DNA from: the human T2T-CHM13v2.0 reference genome, Homo sapiens
DNA: 64,000 bases
Direction: 5' to 3' (one strand)
Assembly: GCF_009914755.1 (NCBI RefSeq)
Contig: NC_060927.1
Below, one piece after another: positions 18,203 through 30,410 of this stretch (position 1 is its first letter; each line of letters begins with the position of its first letter). The notes beneath the pieces were generated by a model that ran no database searches, had not been told where the DNA came from, and saw nothing but the letters and a program-made list of their open reading frames with translations. Position numbers and translations under genes: made by a program.

Positions 18203-18664
18203 GAACAGAGAGCAATTGATAAGAAAAATTGATAAGAAAGTTTGGCAAATTCAGGTGATTGCAGCACATATGTGTTAAACATTCACTCTTAGCTCATTAC
18301 TATAAGCAGCAGAAGCAGGAAGAAACAGCAAAGAAATGAAATTAAGAGAAGCATAGACTAAAAAACAAACAAAAAAAAGCTTTATATAAAAGATTGGGTG
18401 ACCACCTACTTTGATTTAATAAATTCTGTACAAGTTCTCCCTTAACCAAAAATTCTCTTCACAGTAATGCCTTAATTATCAGTTTGCTTAGTACCTTGGA
18501 TTAAAGCTGAAAAAAAACAAAAAACAAAAAAAAACCGTCTAGTTAAATATAAACGTCATCCTCACCTCGGCTTTTTCAGCCATCAAATAAGTTAAGCAGC
18601 TCAGATAAGTTTATCAGACTGACTTTTAACAGAATAAATTGTTTGTTCTTGGAATTAAAAAATA
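18203..18664 (+). other. Putative L1 3' transduction (non-L1 DNA carried by the L1)
   Basis: TSD aagaggggacaa at 12011-12022 recurs at 18665-18676; AATAAA at 18633-18638 then an A-rich tail at 18657-18664; no TSD directly after the L1 poly(A). Confidence 0.8.
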
Positions 18665-19099
18665 AAGAGGGGACAAAAGAGTAGGAGTAGAGCAAAGTAG
18701 CCTTCCATCACTGGGAAGGTAACAGGGCTCATGCCCAGCCAATGGCAATTCAGGCCACTGGTTTTGTAGCTGCAGTCTGGAATCTCTAATTCATGATCCA
18801 GATACTACCCTTGGTTTTATTTCATTTGGTTGTTAGGTAAAATAGCAACTTAAAATACATGGTCATATTATTTTCTTGCTCATTAATCCCATTGCCTAAG
18901 GGAGAGCTTCAGCTCTTCCGCCTGGAATGCAAGGCCCTGGCTTCATACCTCATGTTCTCTCTGCTTCAGTTAGCTTTCCCATCTTTTTTTCCCTTGGTGA
19001 CCTCTTACTCTTCCTTCAAGATCCATTGAATGCCATTTTCAATGTGGCCCCTTCTTCCCACTTAAATGGGTTTCTTTCTATGGGACTCATGAGAGGCAA

Positions 19100-19350
19100 C
19101 GTGACAGGGAAGATAGAGAAAAGAATCACAATGTTTAGAGACACAGATATTAGCTCTGCAATTTACCTTGAGCAGATTATTAACCTTTTTAAGAATTAGT
19201 TCACTGTAATTTAGTGATGTTAAAAAAAAAAGTATAATATAATCTATGAAAAGGTATAATGATTTTTACCTGGGAAGATCATTGTGATGGTTAAATGAGA
19301 TGAACTAGCATAATCTCTGGTAGATATTAAGGTATTAATAAATGTTTAGT
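19100..19350 (+). mobile_element. MIR SINE (degenerate)
   Basis: accttgagcagattattaacc ... gtgatggttaaatgagatga MIR core-like motifs. Confidence 0.55.
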
Positions 19351-20199
19351 TTATTATGCCTGGCATAAAACAAATATTCAATAAGTTTTTAGAATGAAGA
19401 CATTCCATTTGTGTCCAAACACAACTCTGAAGTTTTTAAGTCATATTTCAAATGGATGTGAAAGATCAATATACTCCTGATTATCTACCAGTCTCCCTCT
19501 TCCTCTACATTTCTATCTCTCTCTCTTTATCCTTATTCTCCCTCAGGACTATGTCATCACAGGAACTAAAGTAGAATATGAATGGCACATGTATTCTCTA
19601 TCTGGCTTAGACCAGAAGGTGGTTCTCAATAGGTCAGAACACAGTAGGTCAGAATCTACTTTGCAAATTCATGCAGGTCTTAGTGAGCACTTCCTGTTCT
19701 CTAAGTGTTAGCAAACTATGCATTTAGTAATCTACCTTGACTAACATCAGATTTGATAGTCCAGAGATTATAGACTCCTCCCCTTCTCCTTGATTTCCCA
19801 AAATTTCAGGGCCACTTGAGACAAAGAATGCAACTTAAATCCTACCTTTAACCCATATGAATCAGATGGTTAGACTATAGAAAATCTTGTATATATGAAA
19901 GATCTTATAGAAGCCCAAACATATATCATATAAATCATTGGTTATGCATCCAAATCTATTTGCAGTTTAAAGCCCTAGAAAAACACATGTTGTCTAAGAA
20001 GATTAATGTACTTTTCTCTCTGAGACTCCACATATCCAAGGATGCCCAGAGAGGAGGCCTGCAGAATTCTGACAAACTTAATATTTGTACTGAAATATGA
20101 GTCTCACCTTTGAAACCAGGGTTTGCTTTATACTAATGAAGAAGAGTTATAGAGCAGTAAAAGCAGCACCGCATGGCTGCGTGGATCTTCTAATGTGGT

Positions 20200-20740
20200 G
20201 GAAATTTGACATGCATTTGCGTTGTCCAGCACCCTTTCCAGCTGGGGAATTTCCAACCTCGGGAGGCCCACCTTGCCAAGGCAGAAGACATAAACCTATT
20301 TTCTTGGCCCCCTTGGTGCTAGGTCTAGGCCCACAGCCTAGGCTTGGGCCATTAGATCCGTTTGTCCAATGACATATATTTCAAGTGAGAAGACAGAGAT
20401 AAGCAGAAGGAAGTCGCCATGTGGAATCCATCCTGACAGGGGATGGAAGCATGGCAGAAAGTCTTCTAGCTCCCAGAGATAGCAATAGGACAGGCCCAGC
20501 ACTAGCATCCTGTGTGCTGATCTGGAATGCCTGTGGCCAATGGCAGCAGCAGCTGGCTCTTCAGTAGAGCTCTCCACAACTGTTACTTGGGAATGGCTTC
20601 TGATTGTGCAGACTCCAACCCTGAGTCTCCAGTCCTTCTGGAGGTGCTCTCTGCTGCTTAATGCTATTTAGAAAATTCCTTTTCTACTTACACTACATAA
20701 TGATGATTCTGCTATCTGCAGCTAGGTAATCTAACTGATT
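20200..20740 (+). mobile_element. ERVL LTR (LTR16-like), degenerate
   Basis: LTR16-like motifs (cctgtgtgctgatctgg, aaattccttttctactta, ttctgctatctgcagctagg). Confidence 0.5.
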
Positions 20741-21149
20741 TACAGATATAACCAACTAGTGATTTGGCCTTGGTCAAGTCATCCACTTCCATGACCCTGA
20801 ATTTCCTCAGCTGAAAATGAGGGCTTTCAGCTAAACCACCTCTGAAGTGCTTCCTTGTCCCAAAAAATATGTACTTACTTAATACTGCAAGCTAATTTTT
20901 CACAGTGACTTTCAGGGCAATTCACAGACTAGCCTGCAGAGGTCCTGCAATTTGGAAAAGAAAAAAAGCACACGCCATGTTTCCAAGTTCAATTTCACCT
21001 CCCAGAAATAATCATGTTTCTGTGACATCACCATTATCCCTCTTACTCAACAGGCAGCATGAACAATGCATTGGGCCAACATTGTCCCTATCAAGGAGGG
21101 GTACCATATCACTATGGCAGACAAATGAGGTGGGAGAAATTAATATATC

Positions 21150-21375
21150 TGAATGTCCATTAAATAAGCACTGTGTTAGGCACTGCCATGTATATAAATT
21201 ATCTCATTTTAATCTTCAGAATAACCCAGAGGTAAAAATTATTATTTTCATTGTACAGATGAGAAAACTGAGACGCAAAGCCATTCTGGTATCTGTTTAA
21301 GTTCATGCAGCAAGTGAATGATAGAGCAAAGATTCAATCTGGGTCTTCTCTCTGCAAGGTCAGGGTCCTGCCTAA
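21150..21375 (-). mobile_element. MIR SINE
   Basis: tctcattttaatcttcagaataaccc, ttgtacagatgagaaaactgag. Confidence 0.75.
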
Positions 21376-22661
21376 CACACAGGGTAAAATTTATCATACG
21401 AAGAGTCTGTCTCCACCCTCATTATCAAGTTTGCTCTGTCTAAGTGGGCTTGAGAGTTGGAATAATTGTCTGATTTAAAATTAAGCACAAATTGGCTTTG
21501 CCCAAATAACTTAGTAAATTCCTAATCAGGCCCATGATAAGTTTCCCAAGAGAATGTAATCTTAGGATTTCAAAGATGGGAAGAAAGACAATCAGATGCA
21601 TATCAAGAATGAAAAGACTCAATGAGAAAAATATACATTCTTGTTTCCTTATACCCTTCCTCCTTTTTAATAATCTTTCCTATTAACCCAATTCACTTAC
21701 TAAAAACAGCAAACAGAATGAAAGCTCAGTATACTGATGTGTGTGATGCTCTTGCAGGAAACTACTAAAGTTTATTAAGGCCATACCATACATGAAAGTG
21801 TAGAGGAAAAGCATGAAGCCTGTTTCACATATTGTTACAAATATGTAATGTTAGAATAAAGGGAAAACTGATTCCTACCAATTATGAAAATGTACAGGAT
21901 TAAATCAATTGCTCTGCCAGATCTGACCCGCATCTGGTCTGCAGCAAGGGCCAAATAGATCTCATTTGGGATATTTATGAAAAGTAACTTCTAAAACATA
22001 AATCAGGACTATAAAATCATCATCTGATTATCAAAAACTTTTAAAGCAGAGAAGAAAGTGTATTCAAGTGTAAAATATAGTTTTGAAGAAGGGAGGTGGC
22101 AGGCGGCTTTAGCACAGAACAAGAAGCAAAAATCAAACGGCAAGAAGAGGGAGGGATGAACATCTAAGACAGAAAATGTAGGTGACATTTTCTTGGACAC
22201 AGAGTGTGATAAGGAGTCAAAACAAGCAGCCATATCATTCCAGCCCTTCTTCAACCCAACACTTTCATTTCAACTGATGGTTTACGTCAGCCAAAAAGAG
22301 ACTTGGAGTCTTGCTTATCCAAATGATCATTTTCATTTGTTTTTGTTTTTGTTTTCTATCTAGATATGGCTTTAAACCCAAGAAAGGCTAAAGGAGGATT
22401 TATGAACCCAAGTATTAGAGGAGGAAAATGTTGGTATATTTAGAAGTAAATAAGAAAGACAGAAATAGGGTTTCATTTACACATAGCTGTAATTTGTAAC
22501 ACAAAGATCAACTAAAAGCTCTGGACTACTGAAACCATCCTGGGGACCCACATCAGAGTGGTAACATAAGTTCATTGAGCCTTCATGCTCCTCATCCTCT
22601 GTCCCATAATAGACAAGTGCAAGTTGTAACAAGATTCCATTTTCTCAGTCTCAAGGAATGC

Positions 22662-22944
22662 TTTTTTTTTTTTTTTTTCCGGAGTCTCACTCTGTTACCC
22701 AGGCTAGAGTGCAATGGCGTGGTCTTGGCTCACTGCAACCTCCGCCTCCTGGGTTCAAGTGATTCTCCCACCTAGCCTCCCGAGTAGCTGGGACTACAGG
22801 AGCATGGCACCACACCCGGCTAATTTTTGTATTTTTAGTAGAGACAGGGTTCCACTATGTTGGCCAGGCTGGTATCAAAATCCTGACCTCATGATCCACC
22901 CACCAAAGTGCTGGGATTACAGGCATGAGCCACTGCGTCTGGCC
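22662..22944 (-). mobile_element. Alu SINE (AluSg-like)
   Basis: poly(T) at 22662-22678 then reverse Alu ending ggcc; short TSD ggaatgc at 22655-22661 and 22945-22951. Confidence 0.93.
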
Positions 22945-23239
22945 GGAATGCCCAATTTTAAACTCAACTAGATCAATTTCTATGGTTGTATGATTTTTTT
23001 TTAATCAGATAATTTCAAAGGTCTGTACTTCCATGTCTCCCAACTCATGAAGAGGCTTATAACAGTCTTTTCTTTAGCAGAACAGTGAGAAGAGGAAGGA
23101 CTCTTCTGAAGAGGAAAAAAAAATCATCAAAAACAACTGCCTTTGCACAAATCTTTTCTCTAGCTGAGCATATGAGGACCTCATAACCAGCATTCAAAAA
23201 CAGAGATTTTTCTAATTTCAATATATAAAATTAAATGAA

Positions 23240-23720
23240 AAAATCAATTAATTTGAGAAACATTTTTAATACTTACTGTATGTGGTGTACTATATTAGAA
23301 ATGAAGGGCATAGGTTGAGTAGATAATGTTACTCCCTTGAGGGAATACATAGTATAGACAGGAGGATAAAGAAGGTAAAGAGATCATTTCAATGTATGGT
23401 GGTAATGCATATAGGAGGCATGCTCAAAGAGATGTGGGGGCACAGAGAAGTGGGAAATCAAGAGCAACTTCTTGGGAGAAGTGAAGCCTAGTCCAAATTC
23501 TGAAGAGTAACCTGGAGCAAGCTGGGGAAGAAGGGGCATATGGTGGGAAAATGGCCCTCCAGGCAGGGGAAACAGCCTGAGCAAAGGCATGGAGGTGACC
23601 AACCCTGTGGTAGATGCAGAGAGAAAACCAGGTTGGTTCAGTATTTCTGGAGTGTAAACTGAGCAGTGAGAAAGGGCGGACAATGAGTCCAGAAGGCCCA
23701 AATCAGAGAGGGCCATGTTA
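23240..23720 (-). mobile_element. LINE-2 3' fragment
   Basis: ccaggcaggggaaacagcctgagcaaaggcatggagg and other reverse-L2 motifs. Confidence 0.7.
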
Positions 23721-24514
23721 AGGAGGAAACAGGGCTTCCCTGAGAGAGAAGTTTATTGACCACGTAAAGGGCCAAAGGCCACTATGATTTGGGAAGTCTG
23801 TAAGATGCTGGAAGATTCCATTTCCACCAGCAAAAATAGCAAAGGAGGGACAATACTGGTCATATTTACCCACTTAGATGCAGCTACAGCCCCAAGTGCT
23901 TACAAAGCAACCAGAGTCTAAAAGTGCCTAAGACACCAGATGAAGCCAAAAGGGAAGATGGAAACGGGGCAATTAAATTTGGTCTAGGTAGTGAAAAATG
24001 GTGATGTAGACTAGCCGGAGTCAGAAGAGGCAACCCCTTAAGATCAGCTTCTTTCCTCTGTAGGGAGTTACTAATAATTGTTGGCTTGTTTTTTGTTTGT
24101 TTTGAATTAACATAAGAAAAAGGATCATTCTGAAATTTCTAATTAGCCAGTGCTTACCTACCTTAACAAATCAATATTTGTAACTTAATCCCTTCCAATT
24201 ATGTAGCAATTTGTTCTTCTCGAACTTTCATGGACTCTCTCATCTGTTCTGGCAATGGAGATAGACAGGATTGTTTGCCCCATTATCATGTAACAACACA
24301 TCCCTTCCTTGCTGTAGGTCATCCAGCCAATCAGTAGTAGACTCCTACCTTTCAACCCCAGATCTAGGGGCTTCTCAGCAACAGTGCCTGAAATAATAAA
24401 TGACTTATGAAAAGAAAGACTGTACAGTGTTGGCTCAATTATTCTATCTGGCTTCAGGAACATAGAGTCCACACACAAAACAGTGTTTTGGAGATTCCAG
24501 AGCAACATGAGGGG

Positions 24515-24730
24515 AATAGAGGAAAGTCACAAAGACCAGAACTTAAAAATCAGTTACTTACTAGCTGCATGACTTTGGGCAAGTCACCTAGTGCTTTTAA
24601 GTCTCAGTTTTCTCATGGGCAAATTGGGAGTAACAAAATATTCTCCACAAAGAATTAAAAGTAATAGAAGGAAAGCATTTCAGCAGAGTATCTGGTAGTC
24701 AGTATGTAGAAAACCAATAGTTGCTATCAC
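24515..24730 (+). mobile_element. MIR SINE
   Basis: cttactagctgcatgactttgggcaagtcacct...gtctcagttttctcat. Confidence 0.75.
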
Positions 24731-25755
24731 CAATATGACCATTATTCTGTACCAATTTACACCCTTTGTTCCAAAGGATAAGACTGAAACTCTTTCAGCA
24801 AATCTATGGAAAGATTTGCCCTATATACACTTTAAAAGGTTTCAAAATATCAGAAGCTCACTTTGGGCTGCACAGTGATGCATCTGTGCCCTACGAGCAC
24901 CCAGTAACTAGTTGGAATAATGTCCTATGGCCTCCATGAACTATTTTATTAATTTCCTTCTGTTTATCAAGACAGAAAGGATACAAATCATTGATCACCA
25001 GCAATTGTTTTCCCATGCTTGGGATATGATTCAATGGTCTGCAATGTTGAAAAAGGGATAATAAAAGGGAGAAAAGTGATAAAACAGATGTTGAATAAAA
25101 AATACAATTTCCCATTGAATAAAGTAGAGGTTGTGCCCAAGAGAATTAACTATACAATACATTCTTCCCTCAAGGGCTAGAGAGGCATTCTGTTCCTGCT
25201 CATTTGCCCTCTGGAAAAAAAAATCCCCTTAGGGAGTCATGAATTATTCTGTTTATTACCCTAGTCTGTAATGTACTCTATATCTTTTCTCAAGTATGTA
25301 GACTTTAAGGTTAAAATCCAGTGCATTTCTTAATGCATACTTCCATGAAAGCATCTAACAAGCAGCACCATGCCTTTCATGAACTTTGACGACAACTTTA
25401 GCAAGCTGCCTTGCCTTTGCATTCAAAGAACCAAGAGTGAACTGTAATATCATCATGCAAATCTTTCTGTTGCTGTTGTTTCAAAGAAAGGTACCAAGTG
25501 CTCTTTTCATGTGACTTTTTGCTAGAGACCTTCTAATCTAGAAACCAGAAGAGCAACACAGGATTTGTCAATATTTTCCTCCCTGGAGGTAAAAAATAAA
25601 TAAAATTAAAGAGGAGTGGAGGGATGAGTGGGTAAACCAAAGACCCAAAACAGCACTGTGTTGTTCAAATGATCTGAAACATTCTAAATTGAAAACGAAG
25701 AAGTGTAAATGCCACCCATGTGACCCAGAACCTAAAGAAGGAACAGAACAATTTA

Positions 25756-25815
25756 TTAGGTTGGTGCAGTATCTGTCATTACTTTTACTTTTTTTTTACT
25801 TTTGCACCAACCTAA
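25756..25815. mobile_element. MADE1 (Hsmar1-derived mariner MITE), internally deleted
   Basis: Terminal inverted repeats ttaggttggtgca / tgcaccaacctaa flanked by TA on both sides. Confidence 0.9.
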
Positions 25816-26229
25816 TATTTACCATTGGATTTCTGCTTAATATTTATAAGAAGATTTTAAACAGTTCCCTCATTACTCATCTATCCCCCAAAATACAAAG
25901 ATGCTCCACCACCTAAGGTTATTGGGTTTTATTTTTAGGATTCTGCAGCAAAGGGTGTTAGGATATTGTTGGTAGAAAAGAGAAGTATAAATGATTATTA
26001 GGAGAGAGAAGAAGAACCTTCACAAAACATTTTGTAAGAAGAACACAGTGCTATTTTGGGACTTTGATTTTATTTTTACCCACTCATCCTTCCATTCCCC
26101 TATCTACCTAGTACAATTCTAAGTTAAGCTCCTTGCTGCCAGGCGTTAACATTCTAAACTGCTTAGATTTCAATCAGGAATTTTAAAAGTAATTTAAATT
26201 AAGCTATAGTTATCATCTATTTGTCAAAT

Positions 26230-26601
26230 ATTTTGAGCTAACATCTGAGCACATGGTAGGATTTTACTTCCTGGCCCCCTTGTGTTGGTTGGAGCTAGTG
26301 ACTAGTTCTGACCAACAACTTCTAAGCAGAAGTGACGTATATCACTTCTGAGTTGTACATTTAATTAATGGAGTCAGGTGGTCCAGAGATTTTATTTTCC
26401 TTCTGCTATGATAACTGGCAATACCCCAGATGATTGCTCTGTCATCCTGGATCCAGAAATGAGGACAACAATGACAAGGAGCATCTTGCTAACTAGTGAT
26501 GAGCATGTGGCATATGAGAGAAATAAACCTTTGTTGGTTTAGGCCACTGAGGTTTGGAGTTTTTGTTACAGCAGCATAGCCTAACCCAACCTGGTTAATA
26601 C
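26230..26601 (+). mobile_element. MLT1 (H/I/J-like) MaLR LTR
   Basis: gtgactagttctgacc, agaaataaacctttgttggtttaggccactgag, terminal taataca. Confidence 0.75.
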
Positions 26602-27962
26602 ACTGCTTTTTGTAACTATACAAGCTCTAACTCACTAAGGTAACTTTCCTCGTTCATGAGCTGTTCACTCTTACACTCTCTCTCTTCCCTACTATTAATT
26701 CAGCCCTGGTATTAATTCAATTTAAAAGTTTTCCCTCCTGTACTGTGGTTAACAAATTTGTTGTTGACAGAACACAATAATTTATGGCTAGTATCTTAAT
26801 TTATTTATTGAGCATTTACTAACCTATACTCTTTGCAGCCTGTGCATTTTTAATGGGTTTAGAGTAGGATTATTCATTTATCCATGTGTGTGAAATGGGG
26901 CCTTCATAATTCACCTGTGGCATTACCAGACATTAATTAACAGGATCAAGGTCTCACTAATTGTGAGACCACTAATTGTGAAAATAAAATACATTCTCTT
27001 GTACCTCTCAAAATCCCTTGCCATTTCTAATAGCAGTGGTAGCACATTTTATGAAATTTAGATTACTGAGTTTGAATCTAATTTAGATCACTAATTCGGC
27101 TAATATTTTACTGGTATTATAAGCACGGTATAGGAAAGAGAAATGTGATTATGGATAAAGAAATATTTTATTCCTCTCATCAATGAAATAATTTAGAGAT
27201 GTATTTTTCTAGAATACTCAATGTTCTAGAAAATTCTTTTAATGCCTATTTAAAGCTATTCCCAGATTATGTATGTATCAGAGTTCCTTGATTAGAAACA
27301 ACAGAGTCCAGGTCTGGATAACAAGCAAAAATGGATGCTATTGTAATGACATGAAAAACTCACAGGATCTAAAAGAACGCTGAGTAACACAGCTAAAAAC
27401 ATACAGAAATCAAGCAGTTCTAGAGGGTCTTGGCAAAAAAAAAAAAAAAGGCTAGGCAGCCTTAGGAGGCACTTCTGCTGAAATGAAGGCATTTCCAGGA
27501 TGAATTGGGCATTTAGTTATTCTCTTTAAGTTTTAAAGTCCAAAGAGAAAATCTGGTTGCTAAGCTTAAGTCACATGTTCATACCAAGTTCATACCAGGT
27601 AGTAGAAGGAAGGATCTGAGGGAAGGAAACTCCAGAGTTTCCTTCAGCCTGCTGAGTGAAAGAGCAGGACCATCAATTTAGTAGCCTAACAAAACCATGC
27701 TCAACAGAAGAAAATTTATTCCCCAAAAGAAAATTAAACACTTTTAACAGGGAAAGTGACCACTGTGTAGCTAGCTAATAAAGAAACACCGAATATCTAC
27801 TATAATCTACATAAAAACTAAAGGCGTCCATTAATTAACATTTGCTCCAAGGATTTTGTAGTCTATTTCATTTTGTAATGTATCATTCTAAATCCAGTCA
27901 GTAAAAAGTCATTCTGGGTGTTTCAAGCAGAAACGAATTTAATTCTGAGAAATAAAGGCTTT

Positions 27963-28275
27963 GATGAAATTGGAAATCATCATTCTCAGTAAACTATCGC
28001 AAGAACAAAAAACCAAACACTGCATATTCTCACTCACAGGTGGGAATTGAACAATGAGATCACATGGACACAGGAAGGGGAATATCACACTCTGGGGACT
28101 GTTGTGGGGTGGGGGGAGGGGGGAGGGATAGCATCGGGAGATATACCTAATGCTAGATGACGAGTTAGTGGGTGCAGCGCACCAGCATGGCACATGTATA
28201 CATATGTAACTAACCTGCACAATGTGCACATGTACCCTAAAACTTTAAGTATAATAAAAAAAAAAGAAAAGAAAA
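27963..28275 (+). mobile_element. 5'-truncated L1PA2-type 3' end (~310 bp)
   Basis: End of ORF2 plus 3'UTR (atcgcaagaac, gagatcacatgg, ctagatgacgagttagtggg) and poly(A); no TSD found. Confidence 0.93.
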
Positions 28276-28754
28276 TCAGGACTGAAGATGCAGGAAACTG
28301 CCAGTACAAATATCAGCAGCTTACAACACCAAAGTGGATAATTTACAGGAGGACATCTGGAAGCCAGTGGCAAAACCTCATGTCTGTCATCCCCCAAGGC
28401 CTGAAACCTACCTACTTCTGTCACAGGTGCAGTGGTGGTTTCTGCATTTCTTCTGCCTTCCAAATTTCATACCTCCATTGATGAACTCTAACGATGATTC
28501 TGAGGAAAGTAGTTTCCAGGCTCTCATCCCCTGCAATTTAAAAAAGTGCACTAAATCAGGAAGGCAAAGCTGAGTTTCCACAGACAATCCAGCAAACTTA
28601 ACAAATAATTATTTGATTTTTTTTTTCTTTCAGGAGCTGTCACATGCTGCAAAATAAACGTGAAATTAGGGATGTATCATTATTAATCTCACTCTTACTC
28701 TTCTAAGTAAGGCTACATAACTCAAGATTATTTTCTTCCATCTGTTTTTTTCTC

Positions 28755-29025
28755 TCATTCATTTAATAAATATTAGATATCTACCATGTGCCAGTCATTG
28801 AATTAATATAGGCATTGGTGATATAAGTCAAAAGGCATGGCTCCTTTTTTCACTATCCTTACAGCATAGACAAATGACAGAAGCAAATACAAATGTGTGT
28901 ACAAGGTGCAATGAAAATATAGAAAAAGAAGGGAGACTTTTCAGGGAAAATAAACTTTGAGCCAAAACTCAAAGGATGATTAGCCTATCTTTAGGCAGAT
29001 AGCAGTGGAAAAGGAATTCCAGGCA
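28755..29025 (-). mobile_element. LINE-2 3' fragment
   Basis: cattcatttaataaatatt...ctaccatgtgccag reverse L2 tail. Confidence 0.6.
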
Positions 29026-29695
29026 TTTCTCTTCTATACAGGAGTTCTGACATCAGTATCTCACTGTTTTGACTATTGTTATTTATATTTTAATATCTAA
29101 TAGACAAGTTTTCCTTGGTACTCTTCTTTTTCAAATGTTTCCTTATTTTTCCACATTCATTTTTGTAATACAAACACTGTAATTATTTCTATGACTTCCA
29201 AGAGGATTTTGATTAGGATTTGCTAATGTATTTCATTAGACAGCAATTTACTCTCCAGGAACTCAAAAATTAAGCTATGAATTTAGCAGAACTATTAGAT
29301 ATCATCTAGCCAGCACTTATTAAATGTATTTTGTATATTTCATTTTTGTTTCTTAAGCTTCACTCTTCATATGATTCTTTATTCCTAAATTGTGGTAAAT
29401 TCACTATAATTTATTGGTTTGAAATATTCTGTATTGATTGTTTCTGGTACATACTGTGCTCTTTGATATACTGACTTAAGTCTTCCTTTAGTTAAAGAAA
29501 GTTTTCCATCAGAGGAGCCAAGATGGCCGAATAGGAACAGCTCCGGTCTACAGCTCCCAGCGTGACCGACGCAGAAGACGGGTGATTTCTGCATTTCCAT
29601 CTGAGGTACCGGGTTCATCTCACTAGGGAGTGCCAGACAGTGGGCGCAGGTCAGTGGGTGCGCGCACCGTGCGTGAGCCGAAGCAGGGTGAGGCA

Positions 29696-29959
29696 TTACC
29701 TCACTCGGGAAGCACAAGGGGTCAGGGATTTCCCTTTCCTAGTCAAAGAAAGGGGTGATGGATGGCACCTGGAAAATCGGGTCACTCCCACCCTAATACT
29801 GTGCTTTTCCGACGGGCTAAAAAAACGGCGCACCACGAGATTATATCCTGCACATGGCTCGGAGGGTCCTATGCCCACAGAGTCTCGCTGATTGCTAGCA
29901 CAGTAGTCTGAGATCAAACTGCAAGGCGGCAGCGAGGCTGGGGGAGGGATGCCCACCAT
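29696..29959 (-). CDS. L1 antisense ORF0-like frame, open, 87 aa
   Basis: MVGIPPPASLPPCSLISDYCASNQRDSVGIGPSEP... is homologous to primate L1 ORF0; ATG with +4 G; expression unknown. Confidence 0.5.
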   Translation of the reverse strand: MVGIPPPASLPPCSLISDYCASNQRDSVGIGPSEPCAGYNLVVRRFFSPSEKHSIRVGVTRFSRCHPSPLSLTRKGKSLTPCASRVR

Positions 29960-30410
29960 TGCCCAGGCTTGCTTAGGTAAACAAAGCAGCCAGGAAGCTC
30001 GAACTGGGTGGAGCCCACCACAGCTCAAGGAGGCCTGCCTGCCTCTGTAGGCTCCACCTCTGGGGGCAGGGCACAGACAAAAAGACAGCAGTAACCTCTG
30101 CAGACTTAAATGTCCCTGTCTGACAGCTTTGAGGAGAGCAGTGGTTCTCCCAGTACGCAGCTGGAGATCTGAGAACGGGCAGACTGCCTCCTCAAGTGGG
30201 TCCCTGACCCCTGACCCCCGAGCAGCCTAACTGGGAGGCACCCCCCAGCAGGGGCACACTGACACCTCACACGGCAGGGTATTCCAACAGACCTGCAGCT
30301 GAGGGTCCTGTCTGTTAGAAGGAAAACTAACAAACAGAAAGGACATCCACACCAAAAACCCATCTGTACATCACCATCATCAAAGGCCAAAAGTAGATAA
30401 AACCACAAAG

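Noticed and set aside
18606-18630. ttatcagactga, a 12-nt match to mature miR-21
   Set aside because: The seed end differs and there is no complementary arm for a precursor hairpin; consistent with chance.
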